DNA of 63,998 nt, the filler included, from Choristocarpus tenellus KU-1152 (lineage: Eukaryota > Protista > Phaeophyceae): the NCBI GenBank assembly GCA_964200185.2. It is 13 parts of 13 records of this genome, joined end to end, with 100 filler letters (N's around TTAATTAATTAA, not from the genome) between each part and the next. Parts side by side here need not be neighbours in the genome. Positions count along the whole stretch, not along the records: positions 1 to 6,585 come from CAXNAD020007811.1; positions 6,686 to 12,260 come from CAXNAD020010374.1; 11 more parts are not named here. The stretch is one strand, 5' to 3'. Within the stretch, counting starts at the first letter, position 1, and each line of letters begins with the position of its first letter. A program made the translations under genes and the position numbers. Below the pieces are notes generated by a model. That model saw nothing but the letters and a program-made list of their open reading frames with translations. It did no database searches and was not told the origin of the DNA. This document shows, piece after piece, positions 1-12,234 of the stretch.

Positions 1-70
1 CTTTTCCTTATTTTGGTCCAAATGGACACCTTGGTGTAGAGCCCCCCCCCCCTCTCAGATGCTTTGGGTC
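1..70 (+). mobile_element. MITE family A, right-hand fragment at window start
   Basis: Matches the 3' part of the 35151-35324 copy (ggtccaaatggacacc..ggtgtaga-polyC-cagatgctttgggtc). Confidence 0.85.
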
Positions 71-895
71 ATGATGTCAGCTGGAATTTTTTCCTCTTTT
101 GTATTTAACACCTTGCCAAAATGTTTTCGTTCAGTGAAACAAATACGAGGAAACCTCTATGATGAGGATTGATTGGTAGATGGAGCAATACACCATTGTC
201 ATTTTTCTCAACAAGTCAAGAAAGTGCTTTATTCACCAATTTAATAATACGAACTAGAAAATAGTATACCGCAACCATACTACAAATTCCAAAAAAATCA
301 TTTGACAACTAACTACTGTTACGTCCACGATCAAATATTTGTCCAGGTGAATAAGTTCCTAAAGAAACGGAGGGAAAGTTGCCGAATGCCGACATCGATG
401 AGCTCCTTTTGAGGAAAGCTGTCTTCTCCTTGCCCAAGTCATACTGGAGAAATACACTAGTAATGAATCATCCCCCAGATACAACGTCTGGCACATGGTG
501 GTGGAGAGATACGCGACTCTGGACGGTTGACAGGTGGAAGAACTTGAGCATAGCTTCTTTACATTGATGTATTGGATATCAAGAGGTCGTATCAGGAATA
601 TGGGGTCAGGACTACTTCTTGGGGAGGACAAGGAAAGAGAGCAGATAATGGGTTTAGGGTACGGTGTTTCTTGTGGAATCATACGTTCAAATATTTTCAT
701 ACAAAAGAGGATTTTAGAGTGTATTTTGAGTTCTAGTGAGGTGCAAAATACATTTCCGCTGGATTATGGTAGTAATAAGCGTCTCCTCCATCCTGATAGT
801 GCTCCTTTGGTCTCAATGTGTGCACTTGTTTCGTTGTGAGCATCCCAAACCTTCACCGTATACACGTTATGTGGTGCTTCTTCACTATTGCATTA

Positions 896-896
<1 letters not shown>

Positions 897-934
<38 letters not shown>
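897..934 (+). repeat. (TTA)n microsatellite
   Basis: About 12 tandem TTA units. Confidence 0.95.
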
Positions 935-935
<1 letters not shown>

Positions 936-1939
936 TTTGTTTGAGCTTCAACCATATTTGAAAATCAAAGCCTACTGCTCTGACGCAGACATATATCAAC
1001 CACTCTTTACATTTTCTACATCACCTCATGAACGCTCAACTACACCATCTTCTGGTGCCACAGGAATCCAATTCTGCACTCCTACTTCATATTTTTGCTC
1101 CTACCCCTGATCACAACCTCCCACAATCCTTTCACCTCAGAAACCACATGCCGCCAACACCACACCTCCTAAGAGGAAGCCCACATATTTTTTTCTAAAA
1201 GAGCATGGGCACACAGAAAATGAACACAATTACAAATGCAATGAACAGACGAAAAGAACAAGCGGAGAAAAGAAAAAGGGGGATCAACGTGAAGGATATA
1301 ATTGATTATTAGAACTTAATGTCCCCATAAAAATCCAAAATGCAGTCCACAGTGCCCCTGACAAATGATGTGCCAATAGCCAGTCAGAGGAATCCTTACA
1401 ATCAACAGCACCCCTCTTTCAATTGGTTTGACTTCCTCATAGTGTGAGTGGGAACACGAGCGGGAACAAGTTATGGTTCAAGCCTACCGTAGATAGGGAG
1501 GATTGTATAGCTGCATTGTGGAGCATTGTCGTTTCCGTCACTAAAGCTGGGTCCGAAGATTCACTTCTGATCACTGCTTGCTCTGCCTGATCTGCCTTTT
1601 CTTGAGTAGTGACCTTAGTCCCAAGCTCTCATGTTAGCTAAGGAGATTGTCTTTGCACACTACCTTTGGTAGTTTCGAGTACTTCATGTTGAGAGAGAGG
1701 CATAGCAAGTGACCTCCATATATCTGAGAGCAATGCAATAAATACTCCATTATTTACGATATTACAACACTGTTTTGGGTATCATGTGTTACGATAAGTT
1801 TGAGACACTGGGCTGGTGGGCGAGGCAGGACCTGACCCCCGAAATTATTCCAATCCATGTTTCTAGGCCGTCCCCGCTCATAGTCCCTCTCTTGGAGTAG
1901 GTTCATCGGTGGCTGCAAATATATCAATGTATAAGGATA

Positions 1940-2295
1940 CTCCCTTTGTCCCACAAGTCTGGGCCGCTAAGTTGTAGTTCGTTGGGATGACCTCCGATTT
2001 CAAAACAGACTTCTGCGTTGGATTTTTTGTAATATTTTACTAAAAAAAACTGAAGTTCAAAGAATTATACGAAGAATTCTGTTCTAAAATGGTTCCGAAA
2101 GAATGGAACATAGAATGGGGCATGGCTCGAAGACATGGGGGCCCTGGATTGGAGGGTTAACGTTGTCAAATAAGGCGAGAAAAAGTTCTTTAGTGTAAAA
2201 TACTCCAAGGAATCCTACCCAAAGGTCCGTTTTGTAATCGGACGTCACCCTGAAGAGCTACAACGTAACGGTCCAGACGTATGGGGCAGAGGGAG
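1940..2295. mobile_element. Stowaway-like (mariner-derived) MITE with ~100-bp imperfect TIRs
   Basis: Left end TA|CTCCCTTTGTCCCACAAGTCTGGGCCG. Right end CGGTCCAGACGTATGGGGCAGAGGGAG|CA is its diverged reverse complement. CTCCCT termini with a TA target are the Stowaway hallmark. Confidence 0.8.
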
Positions 2296-3001
2296 CACAT
2301 GTATGAGCTGTACGTTATGTGGATATAATCTTGTTGCGATAGTATTGTTGCTGTAGGGGAAGACCTTTACTACTTCATTGTAAGCACATGAAGGACCCTG
2401 AAGTTGTGCTGTGTGCATTCCACTTACCTTTCTACTCCCTTAGACATCGCCAAGATGATGATGGGTATAAAAAAATCGCCAAGTATAGTGGAGCTACCCT
2501 TTAGAGAATGTACGTTGGTATATCTGGCTATGGAATACAGTAGTAGTATCAGCAGTAGTAGGTCCACAAAAGGTTATCATATTTGGTTGCGATCACACTT
2601 CGCCTATGACATGATACCAGTTTCTTATTTTCCTCATATTTAGATTTTGTCTACCCTGATGGTTCCCACTTTTTTACCATTCCATGCAAGTCTATGAATT
2701 GAATAGTGTGTTGGTATACAACAATCTACCAAATACTTCATTTGAAGATGTTTCAAAAAGTGCGTGCAAGGTGATGATTAAATTCCATGTTGAAAATGGG
2801 CTGGGTAGGACAACCATTCAATGGCTACAATCCGTCCACCACATCTTCATTGCTCTGTCAAACAAACGGCTACGACAACACTCATACACTCCTCTCGGTG
2901 TTCCTGCCAAGCAAAGAGCTGCCTGTCGTACTAATACAGAGGAATGCTAGTCTTCTGGTTCCTAGCTGTCATTGGTTTACTGCCTGAGAGTCAGCAAATG
3001 A

Positions 3002-4885
3002 GAGGTATCGAGGTGTTAACTGCTGCATATTTTTTTAACCCTCTCCCTTAAAAAAACCTTGTTCAATTTATCCGTATTTTAAGGGATGAAGGGCTAAGAC
3101 TGACTTGAGAGTGTTGTTTCTCTATTGAAAATTTCAACCAAATTCAGCAAAGTTCCTAAATGGGTATTGTGCAAGAAGCAAAATATTGCAAAAAGTTATT
3201 CTTGAAATGCAACGCTGAATATCCCTCGTTTACTTTGCTTCTGAAGGTTAGCATTGATGCGTCTAACTTAACAGTAACTGGGATGTTCAGCAACCCAAAC
3301 GACTGTTTGATAGGTAAAATCAACCGGTTTAATACACCCATCATCATCTTGGTCCCCTGGAAACTGTTCTGAAGACACTACTATTCCACGGGGTTATACA
3401 GAGTATATATGTATAGAGAAATATATTTGATGACCTAGTAAACATTTCTATAGAAAGGCCTTCAGTGCAGGGAGGGTGAGGACCCAACGTGTCATGGAGA
3501 GATTGGACAGGTACCTTATCACAAAGTGTTACCAAAACTCCAACTGTTTTCCAAGAAGACTTGACCTGATGTTTGTATGTATCTTCCAGTTCATTCCAAT
3601 ATGGAAACACACAATTCTTGGTGCCAGGAAATAAGAAGAGTAACTTCAAAGATGGTACAATCTCTGTGAGAACCCTTAAATGGAGCAGTTGCCTGAGTCC
3701 GTGGTCCACACACACACACAAACGTATCAAGTCATTTGCCATGCACTATGCCAGCCTCAGGCAGTGGTGTTAAACATTAATGTTAAAGTGACGACATTCC
3801 ACACTAGACACCAAGATATCAAAAAATTCAAAACACCCCAGAACAAGTATGTACACCACAAGAAAAAAGAACTATCAGAAAGGCTTGAACTTTCGCTGTT
3901 CCTTCATCCGTGCCACCCTTGCCTTGTCCTCATCAAACTTGCGGCGGAGTCGACTCAATTGCTCCCTCCTTGCTTCCCTCATCTAATAGTTGGGACAGGG
4001 GTGAGTGCTTGGGAAGGTAAGTTTATGACTACACATGGTATTGCATTATGGAGTTGATTTTTTTCCAATCACTAGGAAGGTTGACAAGGTGTCAAGATAT
4101 CTGAGAGTATCTATGATGGGAGGAGTGCAGCCATGAAAAGAAGCTAAGTGTTGTTGACAGAATAGTGGTATTGCTAATAATAGGACATGGTAATACGCAC
4201 AGAAGTGTCATGTTGGTTCTCCTTAACCATCCAATTTGCAGAATTGTGACTCTGACAAAGGACCTGTGCCAGGAGGATGTAAACCCTGCAATTTCGAAAG
4301 TGCTCAAAAGCGCCTTGAAGGTGGGACAAAAACACACAAGTAAAGAACCTGCCACAAAGTAACACTTTGTAGTACCCAAATAGCCTTTGTTATGCATGGA
4401 TTTCAATAGCATCCATGCATTAGTCAAGAAAGTTGCCTCTTAGCTTAGTCTTATTATTCTGATAAATATTTGATCCTCAACATGCATCACTCATGTGCTC
4501 TTGGGTCAGTATTATAGGCCTTCTGATCATTTCTGTGCAGCATATACTAGGGACAATAAAACAGGGATTTCAATGGCAGGGTTTCCTCATAAACACACAT
4601 GGTAGAAAGAAAATTAACAGTCAGCTGTGTTAATCTTTAATTAAATGTTAAGGAAGGCAGAAATATAAGATCGAGGAAATCATTCAAGCAGCCAGAGCTC
4701 TCTATTTCCACAAACAAGTAACTAACTGTTTACAAATATACATGCACCAAATATTGCACGCTTTTACACACTACTAATCAAGATTTGCTAGAGCAAAGGT
4801 TGAGCGTTCTAGGGCATTTACCAAAACTATTTTGCAGCAGTGAATCTTGTATCAATGAACTATACAAAACTTGGAGGTGCACTTC
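3002..4885 (+). mobile_element. Degenerate DNA transposon, possibly Sola2-like, with a disrupted transposase remnant (~3300-3870)
   Basis: Left end (GAGGT...) resembles repeat family D (20455, 37077). Candidate inverted right end caaaacttggaggtgcacttc at ~4865-4885. Stop-interrupted translation FHGVIQSIYV*RNIFDDLVNISIERPS..VSWRDWTGTLSQ..LRQWC recalls Sola2/DUF7869-type transposases (from memory). Confidence 0.35.
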
Positions 4886-5849
4886 GTAAGTTTTGAGATT
4901 TTGGGGTTAGTGCACTAAGCAATCTGATCTTTCACTTGGCAGCACACAGACATACACACAAATATACACGCACAAACTTTCAAGGGCCCTTTTTACTGCC
5001 CTATCAAGACACAAATCCCATTCTGTCCATGTTATTGGAAGGGCTGGAGTGGAAAAGTCAGGAGTGTCAATACTACATTTTAAAAAATGATCTCTTGTGC
5101 ACACACAAATGAACCCTTCTTGGCACCTAAACCACTAAACTGATGGGTATTTGTTCATATCCACTTGTACACAAAATCCAGTCATCTCTTAACTACCATG
5201 GCATCAAGAATAACATTTAAAGTTCTGATGAAAGGTAGACCCCACACTTGCTACGTGCATGAAGGTTGTAATCCACAAATAAACCACGTATGGTCTCTGT
5301 TGAGAAACTACAGATTTTAACACAAAAATGACCTTCAGAATTCATCATCCAATCTATAAACAACTTGAGGTTAACCTTTGCACACTTCAGTACCAAACGA
5401 TAATACACTCAATATGGTACCAGATTGCAAATGCATACAAGCTAGTATTGACCCTGAATTTAGAGGGTAGAGATATCAGGTGTAAACAGGTGTGCATCAA
5501 GGTCCCTTTACTTCCACCTGCCCTCAGCTCGGGATCCTCAGAAGGAACGGATCAGAACCATGTGATTGAACCATGTGAGACGTTTTTCGTTTATAAAATC
5601 GCTGGGCTTTGATCTTCTCAATTCACACAAACTGTCACAGACGCTGCGAAAAACGCACTAAAAATTTTTTTTGATGGTGCTCCAACATAATCCCATAGGT
5701 TGAACCCATCCCCAATAGCTTCTCAGTCATAGTTTCTCAAAGATATGTAGTGTGTGACAAGTAAACACAGTGTAACTAAGTGCAACTAGAGATGGATAGA
5801 TACTAGGAAGATCTGCCATCGTTGACATGTAGATACTCACCAATAGAAC

Positions 5850-6585
5850 ACGAGTTCATTCTACAATGTACAGAGAAATTGAGAAACCCAGAAAGATTCC
5901 AGAGCATTGTTGAGATTTGAACCTACCAGACGCAGATAAAGTGACAAAACTGGGCGGGATGTTCTTTCTATGGTCCATCCTCCCTGTTCCACATTTTGCC
6001 CCTACAGCAAATGTCCCCGATTAAAGTCGCCAACTCATAAATTCTTACTCCACGTAGGAGAGGCCACTCAATCCGTCCTTGAAGTCAAACAACTCTTAAG
6101 CATAAACATCTAACAAAAAGTCTTACGTATGAAAGAATTTCTCCAAGGGAATCCACACCACGTAAGTAGAACCTGTTGCCAACCCCAACTACACATCAAA
6201 GCCCCAGAATATTACAAATACTATTAGGAGACCCATCCTACCATACCGATTGAGACCAAATCCGGAATGTGTATCTCTTGTCGGAAAAATCTCAAAAGAA
6301 ATCAAGGAAACTTTTGGAAACTACTCCATGCTTCAAATTTGGATAACTCACCTCAAGACTCCCAAGCAGCAATATGGTGTCGCACTCCATTACATCTCCA
6401 CGAAAATTCACGTTAGTCCCAATTTGTAGAGATTTCTTACTCGACCTGGTACCCCCTCCAGCACCCCCAGCAGATTTCGAACCTGACACCAAGGGATTTG
6501 CGAGGGAGTACGAACCCCGTCTTGGGGAACCCTCCTCAGCGATCGAGGTCACCCTTTGCCCTGTCGGCGACTTAGAAGAAGGTGG
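5850..6585 (-). mobile_element. Highly degenerate LTR-retrotransposon (Copia-like gag/protease) remnant
   Basis: Minus-strand translation has many stops and a protease-like segment (LGLATGSTYVVW). Weak support. Confidence 0.25.
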
Positions 6586-6685
6586 NNNNNNNNNNNNNNN
6601 NNNNNNNNNNNNNNNNNNNNNNNNNNNNNTTAATTAATTAANNNNNNNNNNNNNNNNNNNNNNNNNNNNNNNNNNNNNNNNNNNN
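6586..6685. other. Artificial contig linker N44-TTAATTAATTAA-N44. Identical linkers at 12261-12360, 23589-23688, 28698-28797, 31661-31760, 35588-35687, 39496-39595, 45199-45298, 50497-50596, 53165-53264, 57183-57282 and 61386-61485
   Basis: Twelve identical 100-nt blocks. TTAATTAATTAA places stop codons in all six frames, as in a standard concatenation linker. Confidence 0.98.
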
Positions 6686-7197
6686 TTTTTTTTTTTTTCT
6701 GTTTTTTTTTTTTGGGGGGGGGAAGGGGGAGGCAGAACAACAAAAAATATCGGGGTATTTAACACACTACTTGGATGCAGACCGGAATTGAAATTGCATT
6801 GAAAAAAGAAATACAAAGAGGTGAGGACAGAAAGTGACCGAGAATTTATTCACAGCTGTATCCTCAGTGTTAGGAATGGGCCTTATTCATATATATATAT
6901 ATATATATATATAGTGCAGAAATGTGAACTTAAAATACAGTGGGGATATGAATTATGGCCAAAAATTCGGCAGCCCACTAATTTTGAGGACAAGTTTACA
7001 TTCCCACCAACACAACCAGTTATGGGGGGATCATTAGCAAATCAGTTTGGCGTTAGAAGGTATACCATGCACGGTATATATATATATATCAATTACTTCA
7101 TATCATCATAAGTTTCTTTCACAGTTAACCACATATCGTTCTACTGACTCCATCACTACTGTATTTACTTCCCTGGTATACAGGTACCTCAATAGTG

Positions 7198-7245
7198 CTA
7201 GGGCAAGGGCAAGGGCAAGGGCAAGGGATAGGATTAGGGCTGGGG
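7198..7245 (+). repeat. Degenerate telomere-like hexamer array (CTAGGG/CAAGGG/TTAGGG)
   Basis: ctagggcaagggcaagggcaagggcaagggataggattaggg. Confidence 0.8.
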
Positions 7246-8399
7246 TGAGATTATCAGCTGTCTTCATGTGCAGAGATTGAGCCTTACAAGTGGATGAGGC
7301 TTGGATAACACAGATGAGCTCCCACCAACAAGGCATGGGAAAGTGAGAGTGTAGTGGCATTTGCGCCGGCATTGGAATCAGCACGAGAGGGCGTGGAGAA
7401 GGACAAAGACTACGTTGACAAAATCTTGTGTCAAACGTAAGTTGTAAATCTCATCAACGCAATTTCAAAAACCCTCTGATGAGGGTTGGGGGAGGGGAAA
7501 TAGCACAGGAGGAAGGGATACAACAAAATTGAATCAGGAGTATTGCAGTGAAAAGCGCCTTCCAGACCTCTGCCACACTAATTGGAGGAGTCTGATAATG
7601 ATCCCGCTCAAGACACAAATCAGGTGGGAATCTTCAGTCTGAAGTGATTGGCACAGGCAAGGCGTTCCAGCAAGAACTGTTAAGCTGATGAAGCAAACAA
7701 GATGGGCCCAGGCTAAGCTCTGAGGCGTCCAGAGGAAATTTGGTAAGCAGGCAAGGACTGACCATTTTTTCCCCTGCTGAATGAGAGGACATGGATGCTG
7801 CAGGCTCAATCCCTGAAGCAAAAAATTGGTACATCTTGTAGTATCCTGTCCCTAAGCACTACAATCCTACAGCATCCCTATAGAAAAATGTGACAATAAT
7901 CCTACTCTTCAGTAAAATCAAGTACAGTAAATAAGGGACAGATTACCATGTCCTTCCCACTTACACTCCCAGTACACACCTGTTAGCCCAGCGGCTGTCT
8001 CTCCCATTGGAGTCAACGCCCCTACTGCCATTGCCATGTGAATCACTGCCCCTCACTGAATGGTGAACGCCGCCAACTGGGCTGTGTCCCCGTCTTACAT
8101 GTATGTATATATATGCATAACATATACACAATTGTAGAGTGAAAAATATAGCCACAGTATGGAAGCAGCCATTGCGAGAGCAGACCGCGGCACAAGCACA
8201 AAGGATTCAAGTAGACGGATGGAATGTGAAGTAAACACCAAGAAGAGGCAATGTAACTTTGCATCACCATGGGGTCATTGAGGGAGATCTAGAAGACATA
8301 TAGAGGGAGAGGATGCACATGAGCAGAAAGAAAAAAAGTGGATGGGGTGGGTCACAACGCGTGGAGGAGTTTCGACCCCCGGCCAGTCTTCCGGTTGGT

Positions 8400-9330
8400 C
8401 CACAACAAACGTATGTACCAGTAGGACACAACATCAATTCAAGGTTCTGAAAGATTTCATCAACAACATTCCTCCCTTTACCTGAGGAGGCAAGGCCTGT
8501 CAATCGATACAGAAGAGGTTGGCCATCAACAACGCTCTCTCGAATAGTCAGACGAAATTCTGGGCTAAACACGCTTAGCTATCCCTCCCATAATGCACCC
8601 CATACACAATTGTAGAAGGAGAAGAACACAGCTCTACTTGCCAAGCCATGATTCACACCGCACCTTCGCGATGAGGACGTCAGTCCTAATCCAACCTTGT
8701 GCAAGTCACCAGGTTTGATCTTTGACAAGTTTACTCCACCTCTCCGTCTTGAGTCCGACCTCGAACGAGAACGGCGTGACGGGCTTCGCCATGCTCTTTC
8801 CTTACGCCCACCCCGACTCCGACTCCGGCTGCTGCTCCGGTTTCGGTTGGTGCCTCCACCCCTGCCCCTGCGCCTGGACACACTCCGGGATAGACTGCTT
8901 CTGCGACCCCTATTGCGACTCCGACTACAATTCGAAAATGTCCATGACATTATGACCAGAGCAGCGGACCAGTGGGTTAGTTACATCAACCGGGATTGCA
9001 GGGAGATGTCACAGTCATGCCACAGTCTGTAGATTTTACTAAGAGAGGTTGGATCGACACCAACGATCATAAGATCGTCGCACAGTGAGGGTCGAACTCT
9101 TGTTTGAGTAGTCGTGTGAATGAACTTGGTGTACAAACCTTCTTAGCTGCCCTTCTTCCTCCTCGCTCTGCTCCCGTTCGTCACTTTCTCGCACAGTCTT
9201 TCGGCGTCCAAATCCTCTTTCCATCCTGTCTTCACAGATACCAACCGTGGAAGAAGGATAAGAAGAGCAAAGAGTTTGCAAACACAACTACGGGGGATCC
9301 GTGTCGACGACGAGATGGATGATTTCGAGC
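8400..9330 (-). mobile_element. Probable degenerate retrotransposon gag-like remnant with an Arg/Ser/Gly-rich segment
   Basis: RS-rich minus ORF 8579-8950 embedded in stop-riddled coding-like sequence, with no clear splice signals. Confidence 0.3.
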
Positions 9331-9861
9331 ATTGCTGCAAAAAAATTGTAGGTGGATTGCCAACAGAGGAGTTGCAAGTACTGACAGTATGTAGATTGGG
9401 GTCATAGACAAGGGTGCAAAATGAATGCATGGAAGACAACCACTTAAATAAAGGGATAATACCTCTGCCACGACTGAAGTGAGAGAGGGACGTGGTAGGT
9501 CGGAAGGGACGTCAGACTATGGGCAGGCAGTGGGAAGGAGAGGTTGTGTTATTCTCTCGATGTTAGGAGGTTGAGGACCTCCCCTTATCCCCAATCCCAC
9601 TTTTTGCGCGCAGTTCTCACACTACTTGTGAGAAGACAACATAAATAACATAATGTGATACTTCTATACCTATTGTTGAATAGATTTTTTAAAAGGTGCA
9701 CATTAGGAAGATGGTTCTCAAGGTTGTTGCACGACAACTAGGAGACTACCTGGAACGGGGGAACCTACTCCAATGAGTAACAGTGTAGTCTCCGACACCG
9801 ACGCTCCACATTGGACATTATGTTCAGTATACACACCCTCCAATACCTCGAACGGGACATG

Positions 9862-11070
9862 TATCTCTGTTCATGTTTTTTTCAACCTAGAGAAAGCGTA
9901 TAAACCTGTTAACAGCGATATGCAGTGGGCTGTGCTTGCTATATTTGAGTACCTCGTAAGATGATATCAGCCATCCGAAAGTGCCATGATGGAATGCGGG
10001 CATGCGTGCATGGATAGTGGAGAATTTCTAGATTGGTTTGGGATCGAACATGGCCTTCAGCAAGGGTGTCTCTTGTCCCCATCCTGGTCTACATCTTCTT
10101 CAGACCCAAAGTATCTGGGGGGGGGGTGGGGGTCTACACCAGGGTCTCCATTTGGACCATAACCAGGAAAAGCGCGTGTGCATTATCCATCCGACGTATA
10201 CAACCAAATCACCCCAAAATCTCCACATGAAAAAATTGACCCCAAATGGACAGTGGCCACCCCCCCACGCAAGTACTTTGAGCCTTCACTGCGGTGCTAA
10301 GAAGGGTCATCACCAAGAACCTTGTTGTCATCGAGGGAGCTGTCAGAAACAACCGGATAAGAGGGTGAGAAGCACCTAGGGCTGGTGTAACACTTGAGAG
10401 ATGCCCATGTGGTATATACTATTTGCTGATAAAAGGGGCAGTATGTCTAAGGCCCAAGGAGGTTTGTCCAGGATGATGTTGGTGACTGTGAAGGTGACCA
10501 GGTCATTCGGACTACCAATGTCTGAGTTGGAGATTCTTCGAACTCCCATTAAAGCCGTCTACATTATGCAAATCTGGGCTTGAGTCAACGGTATTAGGAG
10601 GCTCACCGTGTTTTTCACCTTTGAGGAACCATCAGTGATAAATCTGATTTCACCGCCCAGATCAGTCGACTAGTCCAAACCGCCTGGGGTTGTTTCCGCA
10701 CGTATGACCAAGTGCTTTATGATAGAACCATGTTGTACTTGACTTGAGCTTTAGATTCAAATACTCAAGATCGAAGCACTTGAGATTCTGTTATATGATT
10801 GTGTGACTTGGACAGTGAGCCAGGTGTACCGCATGAAACTTTGCTCCTACCACCACGAACTCCTCCTACACAGTTCATTGCCATCATCTCAACCGCCCAT
10901 GCTTGTTTATGGTTTGAAGGGTATCGAAAGGGGTTGCGCAGTAATGTTATCAAAGTGGTCCTTGTGGTGTATGAGAGAGGACACAATGGTGAGCAAATTG
11001 ATTTGTTTGAAAGATGGCGAATCGATTTAGAAGTGCTGAAATGGCTGTGCTAACTCTTTCTACGAGGGAA
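9862..11070 (+). mobile_element. RTE-like LINE reverse transcriptase remnant, interrupted by a family A MITE
   Basis: Degenerate RT motifs in the expected order: FFNLEKAYKPV (DLxKAYDxV), DWFGIEHGLQQGCLLSP, IFF|TAVL, ILFADK (YADD), FGLPMS, VQTAWGCFR. Frameshifts and stops throughout. Confidence 0.85.
10103..10284 (-). mobile_element. MITE family A, full copy, TSD TTCA
   Basis: ttca|GACCCAAAGTATCT-polyG ... polyC..tACTTTGAGCC|ttca. Removing it plus one TSD restores the LINE codons atc ttc ttc act gcg gtg cta (IFFTAVL). Confidence 0.93.
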
Positions 11071-12164
11071 TTGTGACAATCAATATGGCATCATTAGGTG
11101 ACCCACCCATTGACTACTTCCAGCAACTTGCACAATTGTGACAACACACCATGCAACAACATTGAACTCTTGACAAGGGACGAAATCAGGAAGGAGGGGT
11201 GCAGCGGATTAAGAGATAGTCGTTCCTCCTACGTGCCAGCATGTAAAATAAAAGTGACTATCTTGAGGATGTTGACTATTTGATAACACTTCCTCTCCAA
11301 GCAGACGCGGCAACAAAAGGAGACAGCGGGGAAAAAAAATATAATCACCCCTCAAAAAGCTCACGAACAGTCTCATTAAACATGTACTTTCCAACACTCA
11401 TTCCAATATGGTAATGATAGTCCTACCTACGCTGAAAGGCTTAGGAAGGGCTCACCCTCTGAGGGTTGAAGTACTTATTGTAGTTGACGGATGAGGATGA
11501 CCACTACCATTTTGTTAGTCACCCATGGTTTGTACACTAAGCACAAGATTTGTTTCAGTGTCAATGTGCAAAAAGAAGACTAGTATGTTCCCACACCAGA
11601 AACCCGATGAAACGCCTCTCACTACTGCCATCTTGAAAGCTGAGTTGAAAGGATATCAGGTACATGCCACTACTCAGTGCACAAATCAAATGTTATGGCA
11701 GTGGTCCGTAACGATATTCTTGACAGCAGGAGGTGCAGCCTACATATGCTTAGAAGGTACGTGGAGTAGTTTTCACTCTGTCCGCTACAGACAACCCCTA
11801 GGCAGACTTTCATTTAAATTTTTCTTAATACTATGCTAATAATCCTCAGAGAACGCCAAAGGTTATTCAAATGATAGATAGCCCAAACCTGATGGACTAG
11901 TACTTTGGTAAGTGCACCAAGCCATTCGTAGAGACTCTACAGTAATCAATCGAGATGTCATTCAACCATCAATAACTACCATTTACAATACTAGTGCTGT
12001 CCCTGGTGCTTACCAAGCGAACTTGATACAGTCAGAAGCAGAGTTCACTGCACACAAATTTTGTGTTGATGAAGATCAAACCCGCAAAAATCACGCAGGG
12101 CCCAGCCTCCACCAACCAGTCAGCTAAGATAACACTCATAACTTTTTTTTTTAACTATCCTCTT

Positions 12165-12234
12165 GTGGAAAGCATATTTGTCTGTTATTATACCGTATTG
12201 CTCGTATGTCATATACCGTTATACCGTGGTACCG
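12165..12234 (+). repeat. Dispersed repeat (probable TE end) shared with 45299-45368 in reverse complement
   Basis: gtggaaagcatatttgtctgttattataccgtattgctcgtatgtcatataccgttataccgtggtaccg is nearly identical to the reverse complement of the start of contig 9. Confidence 0.85.

Noticed and set aside
6586-6685. Recurrent TTAATTAATTAA palindrome
   Set aside because: Always centred in a 100-nt N block. It is an artificial six-frame-stop linker, and ORFs running into it are artefacts.
7963-8095. Possible minus-strand exon (RGHSPVGG..RWANR)
   Set aside because: Plausible splice dinucleotides, but no linked exons or homology to support it.
8579-8950. RS-rich ORF as an SR splicing factor
   Set aside because: No RRM and no clear exon borders. 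The surroundings look like a decayed retroelement.
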